This document shows positions 41,126 to 50,800 of a stretch of DNA of 64,000 bases, one piece after another. The DNA lies in assembly GCA_001800135.1 (NCBI GenBank), contig MGUU01000002.1:2388-66387 (forward strand). The letters are read 5' to 3'. Numbering within the stretch: position 1 is the stretch's first letter; every line of letters begins with the position of its first letter. The notes under the pieces were generated by a model that saw only the letters and a list, made by a program, of their open reading frames with translations, was not told where the DNA came from and searched no databases. The translations under genes were made by a program, and so were the position numbers. Origin of the DNA: Elusimicrobia bacterium RIFCSPLOWO2_02_FULL_39_32 (GTDB lineage Bacteria; Elusimicrobiota; Elusimicrobia; 2-02-FULL-39-32).

Positions 41126-41737
41126 CTACTTATTAAACCAATTCTTTTCTAAACAACTTTTAAGGCGGTTGCGAATCCGATAAAGCATGACCCATAGATT
41201 GGTCGTTGTGACATTAAAAATCTTACAAAGCTCGTCGCTTTCCACTTCGCTGATCTCGCGCATGAGGAAAAGTTGCTTTGCCTTTTCCGGCAGATGATCT
41301 AAACAATTTTGAAGAGTTTCTCTAAAGCTAAGTTCCTCTACAATCTTTTCTGGAGAAAGTTCCCATTCTTTCACTAAAATTTTTTGAGGTCGTGGACCAC
41401 TTGACTCCTCATCCGCATTTAAACAAGCAAAACTTGTCTCTTCCAAAGAAATTGTTTTCTTTTGAGATCTAAAATGATCCATGATCTTGTGCTTTAAAAT
41501 TCCAATGAGCCATGTTTTTGGAGAGGATTGGTTACGAAAGGAATCTATAGATTTTAGCGCAGCAACAAATGTGTCCTGCACAAGATCCTCTGCAATAGTA
41601 GAATTTTGAACACGAACTAATGCAAAGCGATACAAAACATCTGAATGGTCGTCAACCCAAAGGTCAAAAAGCGCATTTTGTCCGTTATTATCTATTGAAT
41701 CAGATTGTTTTTGTTCTTCGCCTTCACTCTGTTTCAT
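41126..41737 (-). CDS. ECF-type RNA polymerase sigma factor
   Basis: Region 2 (DLVQDTFVAALKS) and region 4. The track start at 41761 is a TTG. The ATG at 41735-41737 is the likelier start. Confidence 0.85.
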   Translation of the reverse strand: MKQSEGEEQKQSDSIDNNGQNALFDLWVDDHSDVLYRFALVRVQNSTIAEDLVQDTFVAALKSIDSFRNQSSPKTWLIGILKHKIMDHFRSQKKTISLEETSFACLNADEESSGPRPQKILVKEWELSPEKIVEELSFRETLQNCLDHLPEKAKQLFLMREISEVESDELCKIFNVTTTNLWVMLYRIRNRLKSCLEKNWFNK

Positions 41738-41766
41738 GCTATGATTATACTTGTTTACCAAAAAAA
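41728..41766. repeat. Direct repeat copy 2 (TCTGTTTCATGCTATGATTATACTTGTTTACCAAAAAA). It spans the sigma start codon and the divergent promoter region.
   Basis: Identical to copy 1 except for a 4-nt indel. Confidence 0.6.
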
Positions 41767-41787
41767 TATCTGTAAGGAGGAGGAATC

Positions 41788-42021
41788 ATGTCCAAACAGA
41801 ATGCCCCATACGTTATTCAGGAACAACCAGGGAAAAAAGCATGGTGTGCCTGCGGAGAATCGGAAATGCAACCCTACTGCGATGGTTCCCATGCAAGAAA
41901 AAATACAGGAAAAAAGCCTATAGTCGTTGAGATCACCGAAGCTAAAACAGTTGCATGGTGCGGCTGTAAAGAGTCAGGCAATAAACCATACTGTGATGGT
42001 ACGCATGCTAAGCTAAAATAG
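41788..42021 (+). CDS. CDGSH iron-sulfur domain protein (two CDGSH motifs)
   Basis: CACGESEMQPYCDGSH and CGCKESGNKPYCDGTH. RBS AAGGAGGAGG. Confidence 0.8.
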   Translation: MSKQNAPYVIQEQPGKKAWCACGESEMQPYCDGSHARKNTGKKPIVVEITEAKTVAWCGCKESGNKPYCDGTHAKLK

Positions 42022-42036
42022 GAAAGGAATCAAATC

Positions 42037-43059
42037 TTGTCTGAGCTAAGACAAAACTTATGCAGCAAAGAATGGGTGGTGATCGCTCCCAAAAGGAGAG
42101 AAAAGCCTAATGCTCTAAAAACAAAAATAAAGTCAGTCCCTCTTTCCACTGAATCTTATAGTTCAAAGTGCCCATTTTGTCCAAATAATGAGAAACTGTT
42201 CCCATTAGAGGAAAAGATGAGGATTCAGAATTCGAACGGGGAGTGGGTGACGAGAGTCATAGAAAATAAATATAAAATTCTGGACTCCTATGATTCTTGT
42301 CCAACTGTCACACAGCCTTTTGATAAAGAAGGAATCTACCAGAAATTAAAAGGGTGCGGCAGCCACGAACTTGTGATAGATTCTAACCGTCATGACAAAA
42401 ATATTTTGAACATGTCTCCTATAGAGATACGAAATATTCTTGAAGCTGCATTACAAAGGGCAGTTGCGCTTAAAAAAAATCCAAATAACCTCATCACCCT
42501 CATCTTTAAAAATTACGGAGCGATGTCTGGACAAACCCAACTTCATTCTCATACCCAAATTGTAGGAAGTAGGGTTGTGCCTTCCTATATTCGAACGCTC
42601 CTCCATGAAGCAGAAAAACATTTTGATTCATTTGGCAGCTGTGTTTTTTGCGATATGATTGTCTATGAAATAGGCGAGGGGGTACGCTTAATTACTCAAA
42701 ACGAAAATTATGTTTCTTTTGTCCCTTTTGCCGCTGGTACAGAACATGAAACTTGGATCTTACCTAAATTTCATGCTGCTGGCTTAGAAGAGATCGTAGA
42801 AAAAAAATTGGAGGATCTTGCGAAAATTCTACAATCTATCTTTCAACGATTTCATCAGAAGATCGAAAACCCAGATTTTAATTTTGTCATCCGATCTGCG
42901 CCTTATCCTTTATCTAACGTTCCCTACTACCATTGGCACATCCAACTCCTTCCCCGCACAAAAATCATAGGCGGATTTGAGGTTGGAACAAGAATCCAAG
43001 TGAACACGATCCTCCCGGAAGATTCAGCCAAGCTGTTGCGGGAATGCTCTCATTTCTAG
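42037..43059 (+). CDS. GalT-like HIT-family nucleotidyltransferase/phosphorylase
   Basis: CPFCPNNE zinc motif. HSHTQ in place of HPHGQ. Confidence 0.65.
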   Translation: MSELRQNLCSKEWVVIAPKRREKPNALKTKIKSVPLSTESYSSKCPFCPNNEKLFPLEEKMRIQNSNGEWVTRVIENKYKILDSYDSCPTVTQPFDKEGIYQKLKGCGSHELVIDSNRHDKNILNMSPIEIRNILEAALQRAVALKKNPNNLITLIFKNYGAMSGQTQLHSHTQIVGSRVVPSYIRTLLHEAEKHFDSFGSCVFCDMIVYEIGEGVRLITQNENYVSFVPFAAGTEHETWILPKFHAAGLEEIVEKKLEDLAKILQSIFQRFHQKIENPDFNFVIRSAPYPLSNVPYYHWHIQLLPRTKIIGGFEVGTRIQVNTILPEDSAKLLRECSHF

Positions 43060-43136
43060 TTCTAAAAAGTTATCCAACATTTTGCCTTCCTAAAAAACTT
43101 ATCCGACCTTTTGTGAAAAATTTTATAAAATAAGTC

Positions 43137-43168
43137 TTGACTCTATACCATAGTATAGGGTTTATACT
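43137..43168 (+). promoter_or_regulatory. MerR-type promoter: -35 TTGACT, a 20-bp spacer containing the dyad CTATAC-CATA-GTATAG, then -10 TATACT
   Basis: The long spacer carries a perfect 6-bp inverted repeat between -35 and -10, as in MerR-family operators. It lies 24 nt upstream of the merR ATG. Confidence 0.55.
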
Positions 43169-43191
43169 TTAACTGGCGCTATCCTACTTTT

Positions 43192-43611
43192 ATGAATGAA
43201 CTAACCATTGGACAAATTGCAAAAAAGGCTGACGTAAACGTTCAAACGATCTATTTCTATGAACGTAAGAACTTAGTAACGCCCGTGAAACGAAGGGATA
43301 CGGCTATTTCTCATTCTGGTTATAGGATTTATAGTGAAGCAGAGGTTCAAAAAATCCGGTTTATTAAAAACGCGCAAGAGCTTGGATTTAGCCTAAAAGA
43401 AATTTCCGAATTACTTCACTTGCGTATTTCTACAAAAGCTCAGTGTGGTCTGGTTCAGTTAAAAGCTGAAAAAAAACTTAAAAGCATTGAGGAAAAATTG
43501 AAATCTTTAAGTCAGTTAAAAAAAGTTCTAGGAAATTTACTGAATGTTTGCAGGAATCGTAAAACTACAGATGCTTGTCCTATTTTAAAAAGTTTACAAA
43601 AAAGGAGGTGA
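43192..43611 (+). CDS. merR: MerR-family transcriptional regulator with Hg(II)-type metal-binding cysteines
   Basis: N-terminal HTH. Cys85, Cys120 and Cys129 give spacings of 35 and 9, identical to the spacing of the three metal-binding cysteines in canonical MerR. Confidence 0.85.
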   Translation: MNELTIGQIAKKADVNVQTIYFYERKNLVTPVKRRDTAISHSGYRIYSEAEVQKIRFIKNAQELGFSLKEISELLHLRISTKAQCGLVQLKAEKKLKSIEEKLKSLSQLKKVLGNLLNVCRNRKTTDACPILKSLQKRR

Positions 43612-43617
43612 AATAAA

Positions 43618-43740
43618 ATGAAACAGATCATGATAGTTCTGGGATTGCTAACCTTAGTAAGCGGAGGGATTTGGGCATATTCCACTTTAGGTAATGTTTG
43701 CTGCGGCAACCCTTCAGCGCTGTGCTGCCCTTTAAAATAA
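43618..43740 (+). CDS. Unannotated 40-aa single-TM peptide with a CC-x6-CC tail (MKQIMIVLGLLTLVSGGIWAYSTLGNVCCGNPSALCCPLK)
   Basis: AGGAGG RBS 9 nt upstream. Located between merR and merTP. Below the 60-aa cutoff of the ORF track. Confidence 0.55.
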   Translation: MKQIMIVLGLLTLVSGGIWAYSTLGNVCCGNPSALCCPLK

Positions 43741-43754
43741 GGAAGTTTTCTAAA

Positions 43755-44336
43755 ATGAAAAAAATATTTCTTGCAGCGGGAGCAGTTGTATCCTCAGCTC
43801 TGGCGTCGGTCTGTTGTCTAGGACCTATCGTTCTTTTAGGCTTAGGAGTGGGGGGTGTTGGTTTTGCGGCTGTGTTAGCAAAATATCGTCCTCTCTTTTT
43901 AGGTTTGACTTCAATTCTTTTAGGGATTGCATTCTATCTAACCTATAGAAAAAGAGAAGTTGCTTGCGAAGATGGCAGCTGTGAACTTCAATCAGGAAGT
44001 AAACCTATGAAGAGGGCTTTATGGATTGTTACAGTTGCAGCGCTTGGATTCGCTACGTTCCCCAACTGGTCCACTTTTGCTTTGAAAAGAGCTCCTCCGG
44101 TTGAGCAATCAAATATGGAAACTATTCGATTATCCATTGCCGGCATGAGCTGTACCGCCTGCGCTGTGAGCATACAGAAGTCCCTCAAGAAAGTGCCGGG
44201 CGTGGAGATTGCATCCGTAGATTTCGAAAAGTCCGAAGCTGTGGTTCAAATTCACCCGGGAAAAATCGAAAATGATGCGTTGATTCGAGCTGTTCAAACA
44301 GCCGGCAGCTATACAGCAAAAATAAAAGAGAATTAA
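43755..44336 (+). CDS. merT: MerT-MerP fusion: mercuric-ion transport membrane protein fused to an HMA metallochaperone domain
   Basis: ALASVCCLGPIVLLGLG and KYRPLFLG match MerT TM1/TM2. A second Cys pair (CEDGSC) is present. The C-terminal HMA domain carries GMSCTAC. Confidence 0.85.
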   Translation: MKKIFLAAGAVVSSALASVCCLGPIVLLGLGVGGVGFAAVLAKYRPLFLGLTSILLGIAFYLTYRKREVACEDGSCELQSGSKPMKRALWIVTVAALGFATFPNWSTFALKRAPPVEQSNMETIRLSIAGMSCTACAVSIQKSLKKVPGVEIASVDFEKSEAVVQIHPGKIENDALIRAVQTAGSYTAKIKEN

Positions 44337-44347
44337 GGAGAAACTCT

Positions 44348-44815
44348 ATGTCTCAACCCATTCAGTCTCATGAAGAATGCTGCAAGATATCAACCACTTT
44401 ATGCCCCTGCCCAGTCTGCGGGAATATGGGAAGGAGAGTGACGCCTCGAACTCTAGACAACCATGTGCCAAGCCCTTTGAGAGAATCAATAGGAGATGAT
44501 GCCACTTTCTGTACGAATCCTGACTGCAAAGTTGTTTATTGCAATCCCAAAAAGATGGTGGTTCTAAGGGGCGAAACCAAATTCCCTGTAACCATTAAGG
44601 ACTCTGGAGATGATGTGTACGTCTGCTACTGTTTCCAACATAAACGCAGAGATCTGCGGCGGGATCTTAAAGAAAAAGGAACCACAGATATTCCAGATAG
44701 AATCCGAAAGTGCGTTAAAGAGGGTATGTGCGATTGCGAACGTAAAAATCCACAGGGAGCCTGCTGTTTAGGAAACATGACTAACGCCATTAAAAGCATC
44801 CAAGAGGGACGTTAG
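44348..44815 (+). CDS. Cysteine-rich (14 Cys) putative metal-binding protein
   Basis: CC, CPCPVC, CTNPDC, CYC, CDC and ACC motifs. No recognised family. Confidence 0.55.
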   Translation: MSQPIQSHEECCKISTTLCPCPVCGNMGRRVTPRTLDNHVPSPLRESIGDDATFCTNPDCKVVYCNPKKMVVLRGETKFPVTIKDSGDDVYVCYCFQHKRRDLRRDLKEKGTTDIPDRIRKCVKEGMCDCERKNPQGACCLGNMTNAIKSIQEGR

Positions 44816-44823
44816 TTATTTAA

Positions 44824-47199
44824 GTGCAATTTTTAATAATTAAAAATCGTTTTATTTTCATAGGAGCTGTTTTTTTTGTAGGATTGTTCTGGAACTTATC
44901 TTCCAACAATCATGGAAATGGTAAAGACAATCCTGTGAAAACCAATACAGCAAACCTCCTCATTCACGAAAAAAGTCCATACCTTTTACAGCATGCCTAT
45001 AACCCAGTGAATTGGTATCCTTGGGGAGAGGACGCGTTTAAAAAAGCAAGAAAAGAAAACAAACCTATTTTTCTCTCTATTGGCTATGCAACTTGCCACT
45101 GGTGTCATGTGATGGAAAAAGAATCTTTTTCAAATCCAGAGATCGCAGCTGTGATGAACGAACACTTTGTATCCATCAAGGTGGATCGTGAAGAAAGACC
45201 GGATGTGGACAAGATTTACATGACCGCAGCTCATGCCGCAGGATGGGGAGGCGGCTGGCCTTTATCCATGTGGCTTACTCCAGAATTAAAACCATTCTTT
45301 GGTGGCACCTACTTCCCTCCCAATGAGCGCTGGGGCAATCCAGGATTTAAACAAATCTTGCTCCGACTCTCTGAACTATGGAAGACAAAACAAAAAGATA
45401 TAGCCTTAAATGCTGATCGCATGGAACAAGAATTAAAACAATATTCTCAGGTAGAGGGTAGATTTGGCGCGCTTGATACAGAATCTTTGGATAAAGGATT
45501 TGCTGCCTTTAAAGGAGACTTTGTGCCCTCTAAAGGTGGGTTTGGTGGAGCGCCGAAGTTTCCCATGCCAGTTAACCAAAACTTTCTATTGCGTACCTAT
45601 GCAAGAAGCAAGGAGAAAAAAGCGTTAGAAATGATCACGCATACGCTGCATGAAATTTCAAAAGGAGGGATCTACGACCAGATCGGTGGAGGTTTTCATC
45701 GCTATTCCACTGATGAAAACTGGCATATTCCCCACTTTGAAAAGATGCTTTATGACAATGCGCAACTGACAATGAACTATCTTGAAGCCTATCAAATCAC
45801 CAAAGAAAAAGAATTTGCCAGAATTGCCCGGGAAACTTTAGATTATATCTTGCGTGACATGACTCATAGAGAGGGAGGGTTTTATTCCGCAGAAGATGCG
45901 GATAGCCTGCCGACCGAGTTTCAGCGACAGGAGGCGTCGCAGACGCACTCAGCGAAGCAGTCCCCTTTGGGGGCTCGTCCTTTAGGAGGAAGTGCCGTCT
46001 CCAAAGATGTTATAGGCAAGCGGCCGACCGAGTTGAAAGGTAAAATTGAAGATACTAGCCATGAACATGGTTCCGAAGGCGCTTTCTATATCTGGGAAAA
46101 AAGAGAGATTATGGAAATTTTAGGAAAGGAATCTGGTGAAATCTTCAGCTACCGATATGGCGTAGAAGAGAATGGTAACGCCAAGTCCGATCCACAGGGT
46201 GAATTCATAAATAAAAACATTCTTTACCTTGCTCATTCTATTGGAGAAACAGCTAAAAAATTTGGAAAAAAAGAAGAGGAAATCCAAAAAGTTTTAGATG
46301 AATCTAGAGATAAACTTTTGTCCGTGCGTTCTAAACGTCCTAGACCACAACTGGATGATAAAATTCTAGTGGATTGGAACGGACTAATGATTTCAGCTTT
46401 TGCTAAAGCAGCTCAAGTGTTGGCTGACCCAGAATATCTAAAAGCTGCAGAGAAAGCCGCGCTTTTTCTAAAAAACCATCTCTATGATGATAAAGACAAT
46501 CGTCTTTATCATCGCTGGAGGGAAGGAGATAGAAATATTCCTGCTTTATCCTTAGATTATGCGCTTTTAACCCAAGGAGTTATTGATCTCTACGAAACAT
46601 CCCTAAATGTAGAATGGCTCATATGGGCAATTGAACTAACAGAAACAGAAATCAAACTTTTTTATGACAAAGAAAAAGGTGGATTCTTTATGACCAGTCC
46701 TGATCATGATAAGAACCTCCTTGTGCGAGCCATGGATGATACAGACAATGTTATTCCTTCAGAAAGTTCTGTGACTGCTCTTAATCTTTTGCGCTTGTCG
46801 CAATTTACTAGTCAAGAGGAGTATCGAAAAGCAGCAGAAAAAACCCTTATGCGATTTGGAGCCCAGATGAAACAACAACCCAGATCTCTCCCACAAATGT
46901 TAGTGGCCCTAGATTATGCGCTATCTAAACCAAAAGAAATTATTATAGCAGGCGATCCAAAATCAGCTGATACAATTAAAATGGTGCAGGAGGTTCATCG
47001 TCGATTTATTCCCAACAAGATCCTCATGGTTATAGATGAAGGAAAAAATCGTGAATCCCTAACTCATTTTTTACCATTTCTGGAAGGGATTAGACGTATT
47101 AAGGGGAAGTCCACAGCCTATGTCTGCATCAATTACGCCTGTGAGCTGCCAACCAATGATCTTCAAATATTGCAAAAAATATTGGATGAAAATCGCTAA
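44824..47199 (+). CDS. Thioredoxin-domain (DUF255) protein with a C-terminal six-hairpin glycosidase-like domain (YyaL/SSP411-like)
   Basis: [20 protein letters not shown] motif. Contains a low-complexity insertion. Confidence 0.8.
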   Translation: MQFLIIKNRFIFIGAVFFVGLFWNLSSNNHGNGKDNPVKTNTANLLIHEKSPYLLQHAYNPVNWYPWGEDAFKKARKENKPIFLSIGYATCHWCHVMEKESFSNPEIAAVMNEHFVSIKVDREERPDVDKIYMTAAHAAGWGGGWPLSMWLTPELKPFFGGTYFPPNERWGNPGFKQILLRLSELWKTKQKDIALNADRMEQELKQYSQVEGRFGALDTESLDKGFAAFKGDFVPSKGGFGGAPKFPMPVNQNFLLRTYARSKEKKALEMITHTLHEISKGGIYDQIGGGFHRYSTDENWHIPHFEKMLYDNAQLTMNYLEAYQITKEKEFARIARETLDYILRDMTHREGGFYSAEDADSLPTEFQRQEASQTHSAKQSPLGARPLGGSAVSKDVIGKRPTELKGKIEDTSHEHGSEGAFYIWEKREIMEILGKESGEIFSYRYGVEENGNAKSDPQGEFINKNILYLAHSIGETAKKFGKKEEEIQKVLDESRDKLLSVRSKRPRPQLDDKILVDWNGLMISAFAKAAQVLADPEYLKAAEKAALFLKNHLYDDKDNRLYHRWREGDRNIPALSLDYALLTQGVIDLYETSLNVEWLIWAIELTETEIKLFYDKEKGGFFMTSPDHDKNLLVRAMDDTDNVIPSESSVTALNLLRLSQFTSQEEYRKAAEKTLMRFGAQMKQQPRSLPQMLVALDYALSKPKEIIIAGDPKSADTIKMVQEVHRRFIPNKILMVIDEGKNRESLTHFLPFLEGIRRIKGKSTAYVCINYACELPTNDLQILQKILDENR

Positions 47200-47201
47200 A
47201 A

Positions 47202-47471
47202 TTATGCCGCTCGAAGATCGCTTTTAGCCTCATATAAATCTATTGCATTTTGCAGGTTCATCCAAAATTCAGGGGTTGTTTTAAGTATTTTAGACAAAAG
47301 AATCGCAGTTTCTGCAGTAACGCCTCTCTTTCCATTAATGAGGGTATTAATCCGCTGAATTGGAATATTCATTCGCCTTGCTAACTCAAGCTGGCTCATT
47401 CCCATGGGTTTAAGGAACTCAATTAAAAGTATTTCACCGGGATGAGTGGGTCTTCTCTGTTTTGGAATCAT
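47202..47471 (-). CDS. higA: HigA-family antitoxin (XRE HTH)
   Basis: HTH_XRE. Position downstream of higB. Confidence 0.8.
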   Translation of the reverse strand: MIPKQRRPTHPGEILLIEFLKPMGMSQLELARRMNIPIQRINTLINGKRGVTAETAILLSKILKTTPEFWMNLQNAIDLYEAKSDLRAA

Positions 47472-47481
47472 GTCAATTCTC

Positions 47482-47775
47482 CTAATCGTGATAATCTAAA
47501 ATTCTAACACCGTCGATATTGTTGTTCATCCATTTAAAGACAATTCGATATTGATCGTTGATTCGAATGCTATAGAATCCTTTCATGTTTCCCTTGAGGA
47601 GTTCGAGTCTGTTTCCCGGAGGAGCAAGCAAATCCTGTAAGGCATGCGCTGTATTAATCATATCAAGTTTTCTTGTAGCAACTTTCCAAAGCTGCAAAGG
47701 AATCCTTCTTGCCTCTTTAGAGTTGATTCCATGGTAGATATCTTCAGTTGTCTTGTCTCCAAAGCTCGTAATCAC
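47482..47775 (-). CDS. higB: HigB-family toxin (RelE/ParE superfamily)
   Basis: 97 aa plasmid-maintenance killer-like protein. Toxin-first order. Confidence 0.75.
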   Translation of the reverse strand: MITSFGDKTTEDIYHGINSKEARRIPLQLWKVATRKLDMINTAHALQDLLAPPGNRLELLKGNMKGFYSIRINDQYRIVFKWMNNNIDGVRILDYHD

Positions 47776-47846
47776 CGCTTAATGATAACACATTAACGTT
47801 ATCTGTGCAAGTGTTAAAATAAAGAAGTTGATGAAGAGAATCCGCT

Positions 47847-50800
47847 TTAGGCTTGCTGCTTATAGAGCTGGGATATTTTTTGTTCTTCATCCTTAGAAGG
47901 CGGTTCCAGTGGAACTCCTTGGATGGTCAGACGATCTCCTATAATTTCCACTCCTCGTTCCCCCTTTAAGCCCTCTGCCCAGTCTCTTAACCCTGAATTC
48001 CTTGCCCCCATCTCTATTAAGCTTAAGCTCACTTCTTCACTAATATCTAGAACTTGCGGAATCAAAATCTTGATATTCCATTCTTGAGCCTCTTTTCCTA
48101 AAAGGTTTGTCCATACCATTGAACTCTTCTCTGTGGTAACAATCCTTAAGGAGAAAGATTCGATCATGGCTATTCTCTTTAACTCAATCACCGCTTCTTC
48201 CGCGCTTTCTAAAATAGCTATTCTCCCCCTTATGCCCAATGCTTTTTCTATCTCTCCAATGGCTGCGCCATTCTTATTCACAAAAAGATACTGAACTTTC
48301 TTAAATGGATGCTTCTTTTTCTCTTCTTCAATCTGCTGAATGGTTCTTAATTGCAGTAAACGATCGTTCTCAGTCTTTGCGCTCTTAAAATCTATCAGAC
48401 AAATCTCTATCTGATTCACCTCTGCGCTCCAAAATTGAAAAACTTTATCTAGCGCAGAGGAATAAGAGAATTCGGTTTGCAATAGAAGTTCCTTAATCTT
48501 ATCTGTTGAATCCCCCAAAGCTTGGGCTACTTGTACAATTCCTTGAAGGTTAGGATTGATTCCCCTTTCAATTCCAGCAAAAGTTTTTGAAACATTCGTA
48601 AGGTAATGAACGATTACGGAAGCAGCTAAGAGTAGAGGAAATGAAATCCAGAAGGGAACAGGAATAATTAGTTGGATAATACCTAAAAGCAAGTTGATGC
48701 GAGCGATCTTTTTTGCAGATTCAAGAAATTGTGGTGGAGCACGGGAATCAAAACGATTAGCGATCCATTCTTTGTGACCTTCCACAAATACGCGCACACT
48801 AGAAAAGAAAGAGACTTGCAGCGCTACTTGAAAATTGCTCCCTGTCAAAATATAAGTTAAAAGCCCGATAGACAACGCACTCAAGCCAAAAGAGATCACA
48901 TCCTCTAACAACGCCCACTTCCGATTGTACTCCTCTAGGGTAAGATCAGGGAAGAAATGTTTTCTAAGCAACTTATATAACCATAACCAGTTGCCGCCAC
49001 CAGAAAAGTCATCAGCGTGATTAGAAGGAAATTCTCCTAATATTTGTTGTATTCTGACCGACTCTACAAGGAATGCGGCATGTGGATAGCTATTTTTAAT
49101 TTCGTCGCATATTTTTGAATAAAGATCATTTTGAGGGGTGTAAATATCAACAGAACTTACTCGCTGAGTCATCACTACATTATTGATCACATCAGCAAAA
49201 AATCTGGCTAGAATTCTCATCTCCCAAGATAAAAGGCGGGATGGAACATTAAATGAAAAAGTGTGAGTATTATCATTAGCGTGAATCAATATTGTTATTT
49301 TTTCATTTTGATCTGGAATCGCTGACTCTGTCAACCTTCTTCCCACATCCACTATGTTTCCAGACTTTTCTACAACGCTAATTGGAAGCGGGCTTCGCCT
49401 GCCATATTTTATCGCCTCATCAATCTCATGAATTTTGGTTTCTAAATCATTGAGACCATCTGGTCCCAATGTTCTAAACGACCACACGCCCAAATTTTCT
49501 GCTGGCTCAACATCTTTTAAATAATCATTCCCAACATAAACAATTTGACTGGGACTCACTCCAAGCGCTGCCAAGACCCTTTCATAAAAAATTGGTTCTG
49601 GTTTAGAGGCTTTTACCCGATCTCTGGTAATAAGAAGCGACGGATCAAAACATTCCTCAATGCCAATGATTTGCAATATTCTTTTAACCACCTCTTTGCC
49701 ACTATTAGTTGCTATCGCTAAAGTATAACCCTGTTGTTTAAGATGGTCTAAGAACTCTTTTAGCTTTGGATTAGGCTTTATCAAATCGAACGGCATATGC
49801 TTCAGTTCTCCTATTTCTTTTCCTCCCCAACTGATGCTGAATTCAAGGGATAATTGGTTGCTGCTTACCGCGCCTTTGTTTGAAAGCTCATCACTTTTAT
49901 TTTGGATTACCTCTCTGGCTGTTTCGATTGAGACATTATTTCTTTCAGCATAGGTTCGTACAAGCGCTTCCCTATACATAGCCTCGAACTCTGGAGCATG
50001 GTAAAGAGTTCCATCCAAATCAAATAAAATCAATTTAATTTTTTCATTGCTGCTGGAATGTGTGTCGGTTCTATCCTGAACTTGACCTTGCGCTTTAGTT
50101 TTTGACTCTTTTAGGAGGGCACGAACAGGAGGATGATTGGAGATACCATCAGCAAGGCTTGCTAGGATTGTGCCGCCGGCAGTGGTACGCTGAATAGCAG
50201 GGTTTAACTCGCGGCCACCCCAATCCTTTTCACGAACCTCATTCACAGCCTTGAGCATATCACCACCAACCAGAAAGACTGGAACTCCGGCTCCCCTTGC
50301 TTTCTCTAGTTTTTCTAAAAGTTGCCGTGTGGCTGTACGCCCGTCATTCCGTTCAAAAACTCCAGTACCGCCATTGGCGATAATCCAGCCATCGCCATTA
50401 TTTTTATGGCGCTCTATGATCTTATCAATCTCTACAAGTATTACATCCAGTGTCTTAGAACCAATGTCTATCGCTTTTTGCTCAATACCAATCCGATCGA
50501 CAAGTTCTGCTGTGTCCTCGTCCCGCACAATGACTCTATGATCTATAGGTAACAATAACTTCATATCGTTCTCTTGCGCTCTCTCTCTAATTTTGGAAAT
50601 AGCTTTTTCAACCTTGAGCGCCGCTTCCCCCTTTGGCAGCCTTGACTTACCTATGGACTGATCTGCCTGTTTAAGGAAAGGATATGCTAAGGCTCCTACA
50701 ACGACCATGATATCCCCAGCATGTTGTTGCCCACTCGACACATATTTGAGCAAATGTTTGTATATCTTATCTGGTTTAGTTCCTCCCCAAATAATAAGTC

